DNA from: Caldimicrobium thiodismutans
Lineage (GTDB): Bacteria; Desulfobacterota; Thermodesulfobacteria; Thermodesulfobacteriales; Thermodesulfobacteriaceae
Length of the DNA: 32,000 nucleotides
Assembly (NCBI RefSeq): GCF_001548275.1
Contig: NZ_AP014945.1
Span: 480,001 to 512,000, forward strand
Direction: 5' to 3'
Of the stretch, positions 24,888-32,000 are shown piece after piece (position 1 is the stretch's first letter; every line of letters starts with the position of its first letter). The notes under the pieces are model-generated. The model searched no databases. It was not told where the DNA came from and saw nothing but the letters and a program-made list of their open reading frames with translations. The translations under genes and the position numbers were made by a program.

Positions 24888-25410
24888 ATTAAGTAAGCTC
24901 ACTTTACCTGAGGGACTTAAGGTGAAATGGGTAGAGGAGGCGAATTTTCATCTTACCCTTCACTTTTTTGGTAACCTACCTGAAACTCTGATTGAAAAAA
25001 TATCCAAAGGAGGTCAAAGGATTTTTGAGCCTATAAGTCCCTTTACTTTAAATATTGATGAGGTTGGGATTTTCCCAGTAGGTGGCAACCCAAGGGTTCT
25101 GTGGATAGGTCTTAAGGATCAGTCTAATATTTTAAAGGAAATAGATAAAAAATTAAGAGAACTTCTTAAAAAGTTAAAGCTTGAAAAGAAGGAAAAATTT
25201 CATCCCCATATTACCCTCTTCCGAATTAAAGAATTACACGATATCAGGGCCTTTCAAGATTATTTTAAGAGATTACAGGAGGAGACCCAAAAGATAAAGG
25301 GCTTTTCCTTCCCGGTTAAGGAAATTGTTTTTTTTAAGAGTGAACTGAAACCACAGGGTCCTGTTTATACGCCTTTAAGGGTTTTTCCTTTGAGGGGAGG
25401 TGCCTTATGA
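24829..25410 (+). CDS. thpR: RNA 2',3'-cyclic phosphodiesterase (2H family, LigT/ThpR)
   Basis: Two HxT motifs are present (FHLTLHFFG and HPHITLFR), the N-terminus is RAFLAIDLP, and the length is 193 aa. Confidence 0.9.
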   Translation: MVRAFLAIDLPSDLKKELFKLSKLTLPEGLKVKWVEEANFHLTLHFFGNLPETLIEKISKGGQRIFEPISPFTLNIDEVGIFPVGGNPRVLWIGLKDQSNILKEIDKKLRELLKKLKLEKKEKFHPHITLFRIKELHDIRAFQDYFKRLQEETQKIKGFSFPVKEIVFFKSELKPQGPVYTPLRVFPLRGGAL

Positions 25411-25892
25411 ATCTTCAAAACTATTTTCTTAAACTTTATACCTTAAGTATAAGATTTACTTATAATCTGGCTATCATCATTTTAATTTTGGTTTTAGCTG
25501 TAATTCTAATAAGAATAGTTTTTGATCTTGGATTTCTTATTTCTGAAAAGACAATACGCTTAAGTATAAAGGAACTACTTGTTAATGTTTTATCTCTTAT
25601 AGTAATTTTGGAGCTTGTCAGGGCCTTTGTTGAATATTTTGAACATCATCGTCTTCGCATGGAGGTCCTCCTTGAAACTCTTATTGCCTTTAGTATAAGA
25701 GAATTTATGATCTTTCTTTTTGAGGGACATGCTAAGGAAATTGAGATCTTTTATTGGACCTTAGGTATATTTTTACTGGTTTTAGCAAGGAGTTTGGCTA
25801 TAGTAATTAAGCCTTCCTTAAGTAAGGGCAAAAGAATATCTCCAATAAGGAGCTTTAGGAGAAATCTTAAAGGGATAACCGGTGAAAAATAG
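25407..25892 (+). CDS. PsiE-like (phosphate-starvation-inducible E family) membrane protein
   Basis: 161 aa with four hydrophobic helices. The central block LIVILELVRAFVEYFEHHRL is similar to the PsiE family. The family call is tentative. Confidence 0.6.
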   Translation: MNLQNYFLKLYTLSIRFTYNLAIIILILVLAVILIRIVFDLGFLISEKTIRLSIKELLVNVLSLIVILELVRAFVEYFEHHRLRMEVLLETLIAFSIREFMIFLFEGHAKEIEIFYWTLGIFLLVLARSLAIVIKPSLSKGKRISPIRSFRRNLKGITGEK

Positions 25893-27516
25893 AAAATTTT
25901 TAAAAGTTATTCTTATTTTCTTAGGTTTTTTTCTTTTATTGATCTCTTATGTATTTTCAAAAGAGGCTACCCAGTCCTCAAAAGCTCCTGATTATGGAGA
26001 TACGCTGATTATTGGAACCATTGCAGATGCAAGCATACTTGTGCCGATGCTTGCAACAGATGCTATGAGTCATATTGTGGCTGGGAATATTTTAAGAGGG
26101 GTAGTAAAGTATGCTCCTGATCTTACCATTGTTGGAGATCTGGCAGAAAGGTTTGAAATCTCAAAGGATCAAAGGGTAATTACTTTCTATCTCAAAAAAG
26201 GGGTTAAGTGGGAAGACGGGGTAGAGGTAACTGCTTTTGATGTTGAATTTGGCTTTAAACTTATTACAAATCCCAATATCCCCTCAGCCTATGCCAGTGA
26301 TTTTCTTGAGGTCAAAGAGTTCAAGGTGCTTGATAAATATACTTTTCGTGTGACCTATAAGAAGCCCTTTGCCCTTGCTCTTTCATCCTGGGGAAATTTA
26401 GTTGTTTTGCCCAAGCACCTTCTTGAAGGTAAGGATTTAAAATATATTCAGAGTGTTTTCGGAAGAAGACCTGTGGGAAATGGCCCCTTTAGGTTTGAAG
26501 TCTGGGAGCCTCAGACTCAAATTAAACTAAAATTTAACCCCCTTAACTTTGAAGGGAGACCCTATCTTGATCGTATCATCTATCGGGTTATTCCTGATCC
26601 TTCCACACTATTTATGGAACTTCGTTCTCAAGGTATTGACTGGATAAGTCTTACCCCTCTTCAATACAAAAAGCTTCAAGAGGAGACTATTAAAAGGGAC
26701 TTTCAGATTTATCGCTATCTTGCCTTTGCTTATACTTACATTGGCTATAATTTAAGGGAGCCTCTTTTTCAGGATAAAAGAGTAAGAAAGGCCCTGTGTT
26801 TTGCCATTGACAAGAAAAAAGTTGTTATGGGAGCTCTGCTTGGACAGGGTATCCCAGCCTATGGTCCCTATAAGCCCGATGCCTGGTTTTATAATCCAGC
26901 TATTGAAGGGTCTTGTTCTTATAATCCTGAAAAAGCCTTGAATCTTCTATCTGAGGCCGGTTTTAGAAAGGGAAGAGATGGTCTTTTATATAAAGATGGC
27001 AGACCCTTTGAATTTACTCTTCTTACCAATCAGGGGAACCTTTCAAGGCTCCTTACCGCCCAGATTATTCAACAGGAACTTGCCAAAGTTGGCATAAGGG
27101 TAAATATCCGGGTTATGGAATGGACAACCCTAATCCACCAATTTATAGATAAAAGAAGATTTCAGGCGGTGATTCTTGGCTGGACCACAGGCCCTGACCC
27201 AGATCTTTATGATATCTTTCACTCTTCAAAGATCCAGAGTCCAGGCCTTAATTTTATAGGCTATCAAAATCCTGAAGTTGATCGTTTACTTGAAGAAGGA
27301 AGATACACCTTGAATAGAGAAAAGAGAAAAAAAATTTATTATAGACTTCAGGAAGTCCTGGCAGAGGATCAGCCCTATACCTTTCTTTATATCCCTATGA
27401 GTCTTGAGGCTATTCATAAAAGGTTTCGTGGTATTCAGCCTTCAAGTCTTGGTATATCCTATAATATTGAGAGATGGTGGGTTCCTAAGGTAGAACAAAA
27501 ATATTTAGTTCCATAG
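25882..27516 (+). CDS. ABC transporter substrate-binding protein, family 5 (peptide/nickel type)
   Basis: 544 aa with a signal peptide. Typical SBP_bac_5 blocks are present (TFYLKKGVKWEDG, GNGPFRF, NQGN...AQIIQQELAKVGI, LGW). GTG start. Confidence 0.9.
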   Translation: MKNRKFLKVILIFLGFFLLLISYVFSKEATQSSKAPDYGDTLIIGTIADASILVPMLATDAMSHIVAGNILRGVVKYAPDLTIVGDLAERFEISKDQRVITFYLKKGVKWEDGVEVTAFDVEFGFKLITNPNIPSAYASDFLEVKEFKVLDKYTFRVTYKKPFALALSSWGNLVVLPKHLLEGKDLKYIQSVFGRRPVGNGPFRFEVWEPQTQIKLKFNPLNFEGRPYLDRIIYRVIPDPSTLFMELRSQGIDWISLTPLQYKKLQEETIKRDFQIYRYLAFAYTYIGYNLREPLFQDKRVRKALCFAIDKKKVVMGALLGQGIPAYGPYKPDAWFYNPAIEGSCSYNPEKALNLLSEAGFRKGRDGLLYKDGRPFEFTLLTNQGNLSRLLTAQIIQQELAKVGIRVNIRVMEWTTLIHQFIDKRRFQAVILGWTTGPDPDLYDIFHSSKIQSPGLNFIGYQNPEVDRLLEEGRYTLNREKRKKIYYRLQEVLAEDQPYTFLYIPMSLEAIHKRFRGIQPSSLGISYNIERWWVPKVEQKYLVP

Positions 27517-27526
27517 GAGGAATGCC

Positions 27527-28567
27527 ATGTCAGAAAAAATAGTTTTTTTTGAGACCAAGGATTGGGAAAAGGAAAAATTAATAGAATTTATTAAAAGAAG
27601 GCTTTTAAAGGAGTTTCCAGATTTAGAGATAGAATTTGTCTCATCCCCTTTAAGGGAAAGTAATGCTTCAAAATATAAGGATATTACAATTGCGGTTATT
27701 TATCTAAACTCACAGATCAATGAAAAGGTTATTAATGAGCTTTCTTCATTGAAATTTATTTCAACAAGAACAACAGGGGTGGATCACATTGATATACTTT
27801 GCTGTAAAAAAAGGGGGATTGAGGTTGCCAATGCCCCCTATTATGCCAGTATAACAGTCGCTGAACATACCTTTGCCCTGATCATGGCTTTAGCCAGGCA
27901 CTTAAGGAAAAACTTTGAAAAGCTTGAAAGATTTGACTTTACCCGTGAAGGTTTGATTGGTCTTGATTTGTATGGAAAAACCCTCGGTGTAATTGGAACT
28001 GGAAATATTGGAAGTCATCTCTGTAGGATCGGTTTTGGGATAGGAATGAAGGTTATAGCTTATGATATTAATCCTTCACTAGAGCTCATTGATAAATATC
28101 AGGTTAGTTATGTCTCCCTTGATAATCTTTTACAGGAAGCTGATGTCATTACCCTTATGGTTCCTTATAATCCTAAGACCCATCATCTTATAAATATGTA
28201 TAATATAAAACTGGTTAAGGAAAAGGCCATGTTAATCAATACTGCCAGAGGGCCAGTTGTAGATACACATGCCCTTATCTGGGCCATTGAAAACGGAAAA
28301 CTCAGAGGCGGAATTGCCCTTGATGTCTTTGAAGGAGAGAGAATGCTTTTGGATGAATCCTATTTAAAAGAGGAAATACCTTCAGATATTGCTCAAAGGG
28401 CCTTATTAACTTTACATCTTCTTAAATATGAAAATGTAATACTTACTCCTCACATTGCCTATTATACTGAAGAGGCTATGGAAAGATTAATAGAAAGTGT
28501 TATAGATGAGCTGAGACACTATTTGAAATATAAATCCACTAAAAGTTCCTTTGAAAGTTTTTTTTAA
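27527..28567 (+). CDS. D-isomer-specific 2-hydroxyacid dehydrogenase (D-lactate dehydrogenase-like)
   Basis: The NAD fold is GVIGTGNIGSHL. Catalytic blocks are NTARGPVVD, LDVFEGE and TPHIAYYT. Confidence 0.9.
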   Translation: MSEKIVFFETKDWEKEKLIEFIKRRLLKEFPDLEIEFVSSPLRESNASKYKDITIAVIYLNSQINEKVINELSSLKFISTRTTGVDHIDILCCKKRGIEVANAPYYASITVAEHTFALIMALARHLRKNFEKLERFDFTREGLIGLDLYGKTLGVIGTGNIGSHLCRIGFGIGMKVIAYDINPSLELIDKYQVSYVSLDNLLQEADVITLMVPYNPKTHHLINMYNIKLVKEKAMLINTARGPVVDTHALIWAIENGKLRGGIALDVFEGERMLLDESYLKEEIPSDIAQRALLTLHLLKYENVILTPHIAYYTEEAMERLIESVIDELRHYLKYKSTKSSFESFF

Positions 28568-29541
28568 ATTAAAATCTCTTCAAGCCTTTGGAAGACCTCT
28601 TCAGGGGAGACATTTTTAAGACATTCATAATGCCCTTTTGGGCATTCCCTTTTAAAGCAAGGGCTACAGGGTAAATCCTTTTTTATAACAATTGCTTTTG
28701 GATTAAGTGGCCCTGTAAGGATTGGGTCCGTTGATCCAAAGATAGCAATCTGAGGGATTTTAAGAGCTGCTCCCAGATGCATAAGCCCTGAATCATTAGA
28801 AATCAAAGCCATGCTAAGGGTAAAGATTCCTGCAAGAATAGTAATTTCAGTTTTTCCACAAAGATTTATAGCATCTTTTAAGCCATGGCAGATGAAATCT
28901 CCATCTTGAATTTCCTTTGAGCCTCCAACTATAAGGACCTTTATTCCCTTTTTAATAATATTTTCCGCCAAGCTTTTGTAATATTCCACTGGCCATTTTT
29001 TAGCAGGCCCAAATGCAGCTCCAGGCGCCAGTAAAACCATCTTATTTTGATGGGGATTTATTCCAAGCCCTTTTAAAAAGGACTTAGCTTGGTTTATTTT
29101 TTCTTCTCTTAAATAGAGAATTAAATCTCTTTTTGACGCTGAATAACCCAATTTTTCAAGGAGATAGAGATATTTATCTCGCTGATGCATTCTTTTAGGA
29201 GGTGGAGGGACCTTCTTCGTAAGAAGAAGTCCTCGTGCATCTGTAGAAAATCCCATTCTCTCTTTAAGACCTGCTCTAAAAAAAAGCCAGGCAGAAGAAA
29301 AAGAATTGGTGAGAAGTAATCCCCTTTCTTTTTTATAAACCTTTAAATTCTGTAAATTCTGTAGATTCTTCTTAGAATCTTTGGAATAAAAAGGCAGAAT
29401 TCTACAATTGGGAAAATCTTCAAAGAGATTGATAAAAGAGGCAGGCCCAAATAAAATCAATTCTTCCTGATCTTTTAGATTTTCGTAAACAGGAGAAGAC
29501 ATAAGGGCATCCCCAAGCCAATTAGGAAGGCGAATGAGCAT
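28564..29541 (-). CDS. waaF: ADP-heptose:LPS heptosyltransferase II (GT9)
   Basis: The N-terminus is IRLPNWLGDALMSSPV. GT9 blocks are PGAAFGPAKKWP and ISNDSGLMHLGAAL. Confidence 0.8.
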   Translation of the reverse strand: MLIRLPNWLGDALMSSPVYENLKDQEELILFGPASFINLFEDFPNCRILPFYSKDSKKNLQNLQNLKVYKKERGLLLTNSFSSAWLFFRAGLKERMGFSTDARGLLLTKKVPPPPKRMHQRDKYLYLLEKLGYSASKRDLILYLREEKINQAKSFLKGLGINPHQNKMVLLAPGAAFGPAKKWPVEYYKSLAENIIKKGIKVLIVGGSKEIQDGDFICHGLKDAINLCGKTEITILAGIFTLSMALISNDSGLMHLGAALKIPQIAIFGSTDPILTGPLNPKAIVIKKDLPCSPCFKRECPKGHYECLKNVSPEEVFQRLEEILI

Positions 29542-30694
29542 AAAAAAGCCTCTTTATTATTAAAGTAGCATAGCTTCCTTTTTCAAGAAAAAACTTTATT
29601 TTATAGGTCTTGTCTGCCAGCTTTTCACAGGTTAAATCAATAGGAAAGATTATGGCTGGTCTGGGATAGGATTTAAAGATAAGGCCTTTAATAAAGCTTC
29701 TCAAGGCCTTAAAATCCTCTAAACCTTCTCTTTTAAAAATTTTAAGATAAAGGCTATAAAGAGGAATCTGAGGAGTATCCTGAACCTGCATTTTGGGGGA
29801 AGGATAGGGGATTTTAAGGTTTCTCAAGAGATCTAACTTTTCTTGGGAGAGGTCTTTATAAAAGTAAAGTTTCTCAAATAAAAAAGGTATGGCTATATCT
29901 GTAAGATCTAAATGAATTAAAACCTCTTTTAAAACTTCATTCCAGAGATAACTTTGATAAACATTTCCCAAGAAAAAGAGATATTCCCGATCAATAAGAT
30001 GTAAAGCCCTTTTAAAGGTCCTCTGCGAGGGGTTATGGGAGGCCAAAAATTGTAAAAGATTTTTTTCCCAGTTGAGATTGGCAAAGGGAAGACATTCCTT
30101 CCATTTTCTCCAGTTTTTTTTAAGGCAGTCTCTCAATTTTCTGGAATAAGAAAATTCATCCGGGCTACTTAAAGCAAGTATTAGATAAAGGGCGGATTCA
30201 AAATTTCCTTTAATAATCTCTTTGACTGCAAATTTTTTACATTCCTTTACAGAGGAAAAGCGCTGTTCATCAAAGTAATTCGGGATACCATATCTTTTGA
30301 TCTCTTCACTTCTTTTATAAAGTTCATTAGCTTCAATTTCAGCCTCTCTAACCACAATTTCAAAATTATTCCCCAAGAGATGGGTCTTTCCAAGGGGGGA
30401 TATACTTTTACCAAGATAAGTTAGTTCCAGATCTTTTTTAATAAAATCTCCCTTGGGTCCATTTTTTATTGTTATATACTGAAAGGTAATTGCATTTTTA
30501 TCCTTTAGACCTCCATAACCAAAGTATTTCAGAGGTAAATGCCATTTTTTGGCAATCTGACCTAAGGCATCCCAGGTGCTAAGATTTTTCTTCTTTAAAA
30601 GATAGAGGGAGTATTCTCCACTCTCGGAAGGGGTAAGACTGACTACTTCAGAGACAATAAAGTCTTCCGGGTAAACTTTTATTTTATAGGACAC
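29522..30694 (-). CDS. truD: tRNA pseudouridine(13) synthase
   Basis: TruD blocks FGYGGLKDKNAIT (catalytic Asp region) and IPNYFDEQRF are present. 390 aa. Confidence 0.88.
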   Translation of the reverse strand: MSYKIKVYPEDFIVSEVVSLTPSESGEYSLYLLKKKNLSTWDALGQIAKKWHLPLKYFGYGGLKDKNAITFQYITIKNGPKGDFIKKDLELTYLGKSISPLGKTHLLGNNFEIVVREAEIEANELYKRSEEIKRYGIPNYFDEQRFSSVKECKKFAVKEIIKGNFESALYLILALSSPDEFSYSRKLRDCLKKNWRKWKECLPFANLNWEKNLLQFLASHNPSQRTFKRALHLIDREYLFFLGNVYQSYLWNEVLKEVLIHLDLTDIAIPFLFEKLYFYKDLSQEKLDLLRNLKIPYPSPKMQVQDTPQIPLYSLYLKIFKREGLEDFKALRSFIKGLIFKSYPRPAIIFPIDLTCEKLADKTYKIKFFLEKGSYATLIIKRLFYAHSPS

Positions 30695-30698
30695 TCAA

Positions 30699-31448
30699 TT
30701 ACCGATTAAGAGCTTCCATAATGTTTTCAGGGATATCAAAATTAGCAAAAACCTGTTGCACATCATCAAGATCTTCCAAGGATTCCATAAGTTTGAGAAG
30801 ACTTTGAGCTGTGCCTTCATCCTGAATGGGAACTAAATTCTTAGGAACCATGGTGACCTTAGCAGAAATAATTTCAATGCCAGCTTTCTCTAAGGCAGAT
30901 TTAATGGTCTCAAAGTCTGTCGGGCTTGTGATGACCTCAATTTCACTCTCATACTCCTTAGTATCTTCAGCCCCATTTTCAATGGCAATCTCTAATACTT
31001 TTTCTTCCTCTTTTTTGGGAACAACAATCAACCCCTTTTGCTCAAAGATCCAGGCAACTGCCCCTGGCTCAGCTAAATTTCCCCCAAATTTACTAAAAAG
31101 ATGCCTGATATCCGAGACAGTTCTTTTACGGTTATCTGTAATAGCATTGATTAAGACCGCAACCCCTCCTGGACCATATCCCTCAAAGACAACTTCTTCA
31201 AATTGAGTACCTTCCTCTTGACCAAGGGCCTTTTTTATAGCCCTTTCAATATTTTCTTTGGGCATATTAACTGCCCGGGCAGACTGAATAGCAGTCCTTA
31301 AGCGAGGATTCATTTCAGGGTCTCCGCTTCCCCCCTGTCTTACGGCAATTACAATTTCCCGGACAATTTTAGTAAAGACCTGGCCTCTTTTGGCATCCTG
31401 GGCAGCTTTTTTTCTCTTAATTTGTGCCCAATGAGAATGTCCAGCCAT
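30699..31448 (-). CDS. YebC/PmpR-family transcriptional regulator
   Basis: The N-terminus MAGHSHWAQIKRKKAAQDAKRGQVFTKIVREI is essentially invariant in this family. 249 aa. Confidence 0.95.
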   Translation of the reverse strand: MAGHSHWAQIKRKKAAQDAKRGQVFTKIVREIVIAVRQGGSGDPEMNPRLRTAIQSARAVNMPKENIERAIKKALGQEEGTQFEEVVFEGYGPGGVAVLINAITDNRKRTVSDIRHLFSKFGGNLAEPGAVAWIFEQKGLIVVPKKEEEKVLEIAIENGAEDTKEYESEIEVITSPTDFETIKSALEKAGIEIISAKVTMVPKNLVPIQDEGTAQSLLKLMESLEDLDDVQQVFANFDIPENIMEALNR

Positions 31449-31501
31449 AAAATCTAACCCCTTGGAAAAACTTTTTCTAAAATATAATTAATTTTCCAGG
31501 G

Positions 31502-31720
31502 TTTGCAAGCCTGCATAAGTTTTTATTCTTTCAAGGTGCATAGGTTCATATCCTTAGAAGAAAAAGAAAGGGTGGTAAAAAAGCCCCATGTAGGGGTCTA
31601 AAATTTTAAACCTCTACTTAAGGAAAGATTTTGCAGATTATTTATCCTTTCTTTCCAAAGGGGAATGGGCATAGTGTCCATAGAGTCTCAAAAGATATGG
31701 ACTTATACACACCTCTTGTC
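31502..31720 (+). repeat. Mosaic intergenic repeat, copy C (upstream of the ATP synthase beta gene)
   Basis: 31502..31521 is 19/20 identical and 31550..31578 is 27/29 identical to the reverse complement of copy A. 31658..31678 (aaggggaatgggcatagtgtc) resembles rc(2256..2276). 31683..31710 is 26/28 identical to copy B. Confidence 0.7.
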
Positions 31721-31752
31721 TTATTATAAAAATTTTTATATAATTTTTAAAA

Positions 31753-32000
31753 ATGGAAGCAACCTACAAAGGGTATATTAGGGCTATTCATGGCCATATT
31801 ATTGAAGCTTTCTTTCCAGAGAATATACCTCCTATTCGCTCTATATTATTTCATAAAAATGAAAAAACAGAACATCTCTTTGAAGTAGAGACTCATTTAG
31901 ATCATCAAAGGGTGCTTGCTTTATCCCTTGGACATACAGAGGGATTGAAAAGAGGCCTACCCCTCTATACTTACAATAATCCCCTTTTATTCCCTGTGGG
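31753..32000 (+). CDS. atpD: F-type ATP synthase beta subunit, N-terminal barrel domain (3' end outside window); possibly N-ATPase type
   Basis: GYIRAIHGHIIEAFFP...LFEVETHLDHQRVLALSLGHTEGLKRGLPLYTYNNPLLFPVG follows the beta-subunit N-terminal pattern (G.V..V.G.V.D..F ... EV..HLG...VR.IA...T.GL.RG..V...G.P..VPVG). The sequence is divergent. Confidence 0.65.
   Translation, partial: MEATYKGYIRAIHGHIIEAFFPENIPPIRSILFHKNEKTEHLFEVETHLDHQRVLALSLGHTEGLKRGLPLYTYNNPLLFPV

Overview
The window looks like a low-GC, probably thermophilic diderm bacterium. The K/E/I-rich proteins, LPS heptosyltransferase, Tat-exported redox proteins and siroheme enzyme resemble Thermodesulfobacteriota or Aquificota genomes, but this taxonomic guess is inference only. 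I support about 36 protein genes, one tRNA-Arg(ACG) and one integrase pseudogene; most genes are housekeeping and tightly packed, and many stop/start codons overlap. Gene content by position: (1) 1-3200: TorD-like chaperone, CBS protein, HPP protein, EamA transporter, and a Tat-exported C_GCAxxG/CxxCH (split-Soret-like) protein. (2) 3372-6450: tRNA-Arg, then a decayed tyrosine-integrase fragment, a Tat-exported alkaline phosphatase that looks more AT-rich than its surroundings, and about 590 nt with no convincing gene; probably a degraded integrated island. (3) 6900-8700: a radical SAM/SPASM enzyme paired with a diiron ferritin-like protein. (4) 8800-16600: mtgA, a HlyD/FtsX-type permease/ABC ATPase efflux operon, lon and a NUDIX hydrolase. 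(5) 16585-20668, minus strand: a translationally coupled operon encoding a heptad-repeat membrane protein, FabG, RtcA, an archaeal-type Rnl3 RNA ligase and precorrin-2 dehydrogenase. (6) 20841-32000: an orphan AAA-ATPase-like/PD-(D/E)XK gene, then pgpA-cinA-thpR, PsiE-like, an orphan family-5 solute-binding protein, 2-hydroxyacid dehydrogenase, waaF, truD, yebC, and the start of an ATP synthase beta gene that opens its own operon (N-ATPase-like). The most unusual signal is a mosaic 200-320 nt intergenic repeat family with three copies (2048-2367 minus, 10165-10394 plus, 31502-31720 plus). Each copy is co-oriented with the first gene of a membrane-transport or energy operon. Each ends in a conserved promoter-like block 39-43 nt before that gene's start codon. 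The second point of interest is the rtcA-Rnl3 pairing, with no rtcB or rtcR in the window. I saw no CRISPR array, rRNA or intact mobile element.
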